From: Lama glama
Lineage: Eukaryota
Direction of reading: 5' to 3'
Length of the DNA: 64,000 bases
Assembly: GCA_028534125.1 (NCBI GenBank)
Contig: CM052816.1
Location: 17,114,001 to 17,178,000, forward strand
In this document: positions 61,747-64,000 of the stretch, in pieces
Layout of the letters: each line of letters opens with the position of its first letter
Position numbering within the stretch: position 1 is the stretch's first letter
Notes under the pieces: generated by a model
Seen by the model: only the letters and a program-made list of their open reading frames with translations
Databases searched by the model: none
What the model was told of the DNA's origin: nothing
Translations under genes and position numbers: made by a program

Positions 61747-61990
61747 CATTGTGGTGGTAGCTCACAGGAATTTTCATTGATGGTGCAAAAATCTTCCTTT
61801 GGAACGTTGATCTCATGTTCAGTGTGACTGGCTGTTTCAGGAAGAGTTGGCATAAGGTTTATTGAGGTATTGTCTGGAGTTTTGTCCTTTGTGTAGCTGT
61901 CACTGCTCCAGGGAAAGGAGGCCAGTTTTGGGGAAAATTTCCTCCTGTGTAACTTTGGAGAACTCTCTGATTTCTCCACTTCTTTTCCTT
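61747..61990 (-). CDS. MYOT: Predicted upstream MYOT linker exon (244 nt, phase 1 to 2)
   Basis: Acceptor attttccag|AA and donor CAATG|gtaagg. Open frame (E)GKEVEKSESSPKLHRRK...NENSCELPPQ(W). The terminal TG joins the first G of exon 2 to give Trp in frame. Confidence 0.72.
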
Positions 61991-62088
61991 CTGGAAAATA
62001 TAATTAGTCACCAGGTCAGATAGAACTAGAGAATATTCTTCTTGGCTCAGAGGTGAATTTGAGCAGGGCGATCCTGAGGAATAATTAC

Positions 62089-62208
62089 CTGGGGAAACAG
62101 AGAGTCTTGCTGTGGAGACTGCAGTCCCAGCCTCATTTTCTGCAATACACTTAAATTCCCCAGAGTCTTCAGGAAATGCTTCTGTGATAATCAAGGTACA
62201 GACTTCCT
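62089..62208 (-). CDS. MYOT: Predicted upstream MYOT exon encoding the C-terminal half of an I-set Ig domain
   Basis: Acceptor tcccctttccag|AG and donor CCAG|gtaatt, 120 nt, phase 1-1. Encodes (E)EVCTLIITEAFPEDSGEFKCIAENEAGTAVSTARLSVSP, with the I-set L-x-I...D-x-G-x-(Y/F)-x-C-x-A-x-N-x-x-G pattern. Closely resembles the recalled palladin/myopalladin Ig2 (EEICTLVIAE...EDxGxFTCxAxNxYG). Confidence 0.85.
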
Positions 62209-63020
62209 CTGGAAAGGGGAGAGATTCAACTTGACCAGAGTACTTGAATGCCCCATATTAACAAACAAACAGTGTGGGAGGATGTCAGGGAGAGTAGGCA
62301 CTAGGAATAAATAGGGTATTCCTGAGATTTAAAAAAAAAAATCCATCTGATTAGATTTTTGTCATTGAGTGGGCTCATGAAGATAAATCTTAAAAATACA
62401 ACCTAAAACAATCCCAGCATGGTGCCTATCACCTGCTTCTTAGGCACATCTGTCTTCTCTACTTGGCTATGAGTTTCTTGAAAGCAGGGATTATACTTTA
62501 TTCCTCGGCTTGCATATTTCTGTAAGCTTGAGGGGTTAGCACAAAGGACCATAGAAAGATTTTTCTGAACTGACCTAAAAATTATCATTGCCATGGTAAT
62601 TAGACCTAATGTTAGTACAATGATGGCCACTGTGTGATGGGCAGAACACCTACATTCAGTGTGGATGTTTGATGTCAGGACACTTCCTTACTGCCTCTGT
62701 GTATAGCTCACAAGGCACCAATAATACACCAAGTGGAATTAGAGGAAGAACGCATGCCCTGAGGGCAGAGGCTTCTCAGGGCCAAGAATGGAATGTGGCC
62801 GTACCCTGTCTATAGTAAATACATGTTGAATGAATGAATGAATGAACAAATACACTGATAAATTCCAATTATCTTGCTGCTTCTGTTGTGTCAGTTAAAG
62901 AGTTGGCATAAGGTAGCCTCAAAACTCCTCCTGAAGGCAAAAGTAATGTAGGAGACAAAGTCTTCTAATGCTATATTTGATTTAATTATTATTATCAAGA
63001 TGCTGAAAAATTGTGCTTAC

Positions 63021-63044
63021 CAGGAATGGGTGATAAACAAGCTT
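63021..63044 (-). CDS. MYOT: Predicted 24-nt microexon within the upstream Ig domain
   Basis: Long polypyrimidine tract ending ttttatctttcag, then AAGCTTGTTTATCACCCATTCCTG, then gtaagc. Phase 1-1, encodes xACLSPIP and joins in frame to EEVCTL. Confidence 0.68.
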
Positions 63045-64000
63045 CTGAAAGATAAAAGAAGAGAATAGAGAGAGAATTTAAATGATGACAATTTAGTTGG
63101 GAGAAGCGACCATGTATATATGAGAAATAACTTGAAGCAAATACAATGTTGACTGTAATTTTGAGTCAGATGATAAATTCTGTAGAAACTCAGAAAAGGT
63201 GCATAATAGAATGAACGCTTGGCAGGGTGCTAGAAAAACTGTGTTTCAGTTCTGTTCTACCATTAAATTGCTCTGTGATTTTGTAAAAATTACTTCTCTG
63301 GGCCTTAGTTCTTCATGTCTAACACGAAGGTAAGACTATATAACATCTCTTCTCTGAGTGAGAACTGTTGCTGAAACACTAATCCTAAGGAGGTCTCTTT
63401 CTCCTGAGAAAATCCTTCTCTTTTAATCTAATTAAAATTGAATATTACATTATAAAAATACTATAGAATTGCTGTAAAAAAATACACAAAAGGTTAATAG
63501 TCTTCTCTGGGTGGTGAGAATATTAGTAATTTTATATTTATTCTTTTTTATAATATATTTTTCTAGATTTATTATAATAAATTTATATTCCTTTAGTTTC
63601 AGAAAATACAAGTAATGTAATTTTGAAAGCAAATTCATATTGTGTAATAGATATTTCTTCCTAAATGTGATGATGTGGAAATGTTCAGTTGTTTTGAATT
63701 AATATTTAAGTGGATATATTTTCTTTGCTTGGTGTAAGAACTATCTTGGTCTTGAACCTAGGCTGCAGTGTTTATTAGCTTTGTGACCTTTGGCAAGGTG
63801 AAATTTCTAATTTCAGTTTGCTTGCTTATAAAATGGAATTGATAACACATACCTCAAAATATTGATGTGAGGATGAAAAATTGTTTATATTTAAACTCAG
63901 TGTTTAGCATGAGGTAGGTCATCATACTTGTTACCCTTTTCCAAATTAATTATTTGGTAGGAAGCTGATACAACAAAGTATTTAGAAAGTTATGCATCAG

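Noticed and set aside
61859..62194. 111-aa ORF as a standalone Ig protein
   Set aside because: Only 62208-62089 is Ig-like. The ORF runs through a donor and a 98-nt intron into another frame of the next exon.
63045..64000. First-half Ig exon of the long MYOT isoform
   Set aside because: Searched by eye but found no convincing exon. The region is MIR and AT-rich sequence, so the exon, if present, lies beyond the window.

Overview
Mammalian genomic DNA, probably camelid judging from tRNA-Ala-like SINEs resembling the vic-1 family. It contains the syntenic block FAM13B / PKD2L2 / MYOT. The + strand carries the last 7 coding exons and the 3' UTR of FAM13B. The - strand carries a complete 14-coding-exon PKD2L2 (1875 nt, 624 aa) with a CpG-island promoter, and a complete canonical MYOT (9 coding exons, 499 aa). 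The main finding is that the MYOT reading frame does not stop at the canonical Met (MFNYERPKHF). It runs open through the whole of exon 2 and splices in phase onto three further upstream exons (244 nt, 120 nt and a 24-nt microexon). These encode the C-terminal half of an extra I-set Ig domain resembling Ig2 of palladin/myopalladin. This predicts a long, palladin-like myotilin isoform that starts beyond the window, with the short form driven by an internal promoter near 57.4 kb. Also seen: a decayed duplicate of MYOT exon 8, a possible antisense PKD2L2 terminal exon inside FAM13B, nested L1s and a possible old hnRNP Q/R retrocopy. All exon boundaries were read by hand, and homologies were recalled from memory rather than searched.
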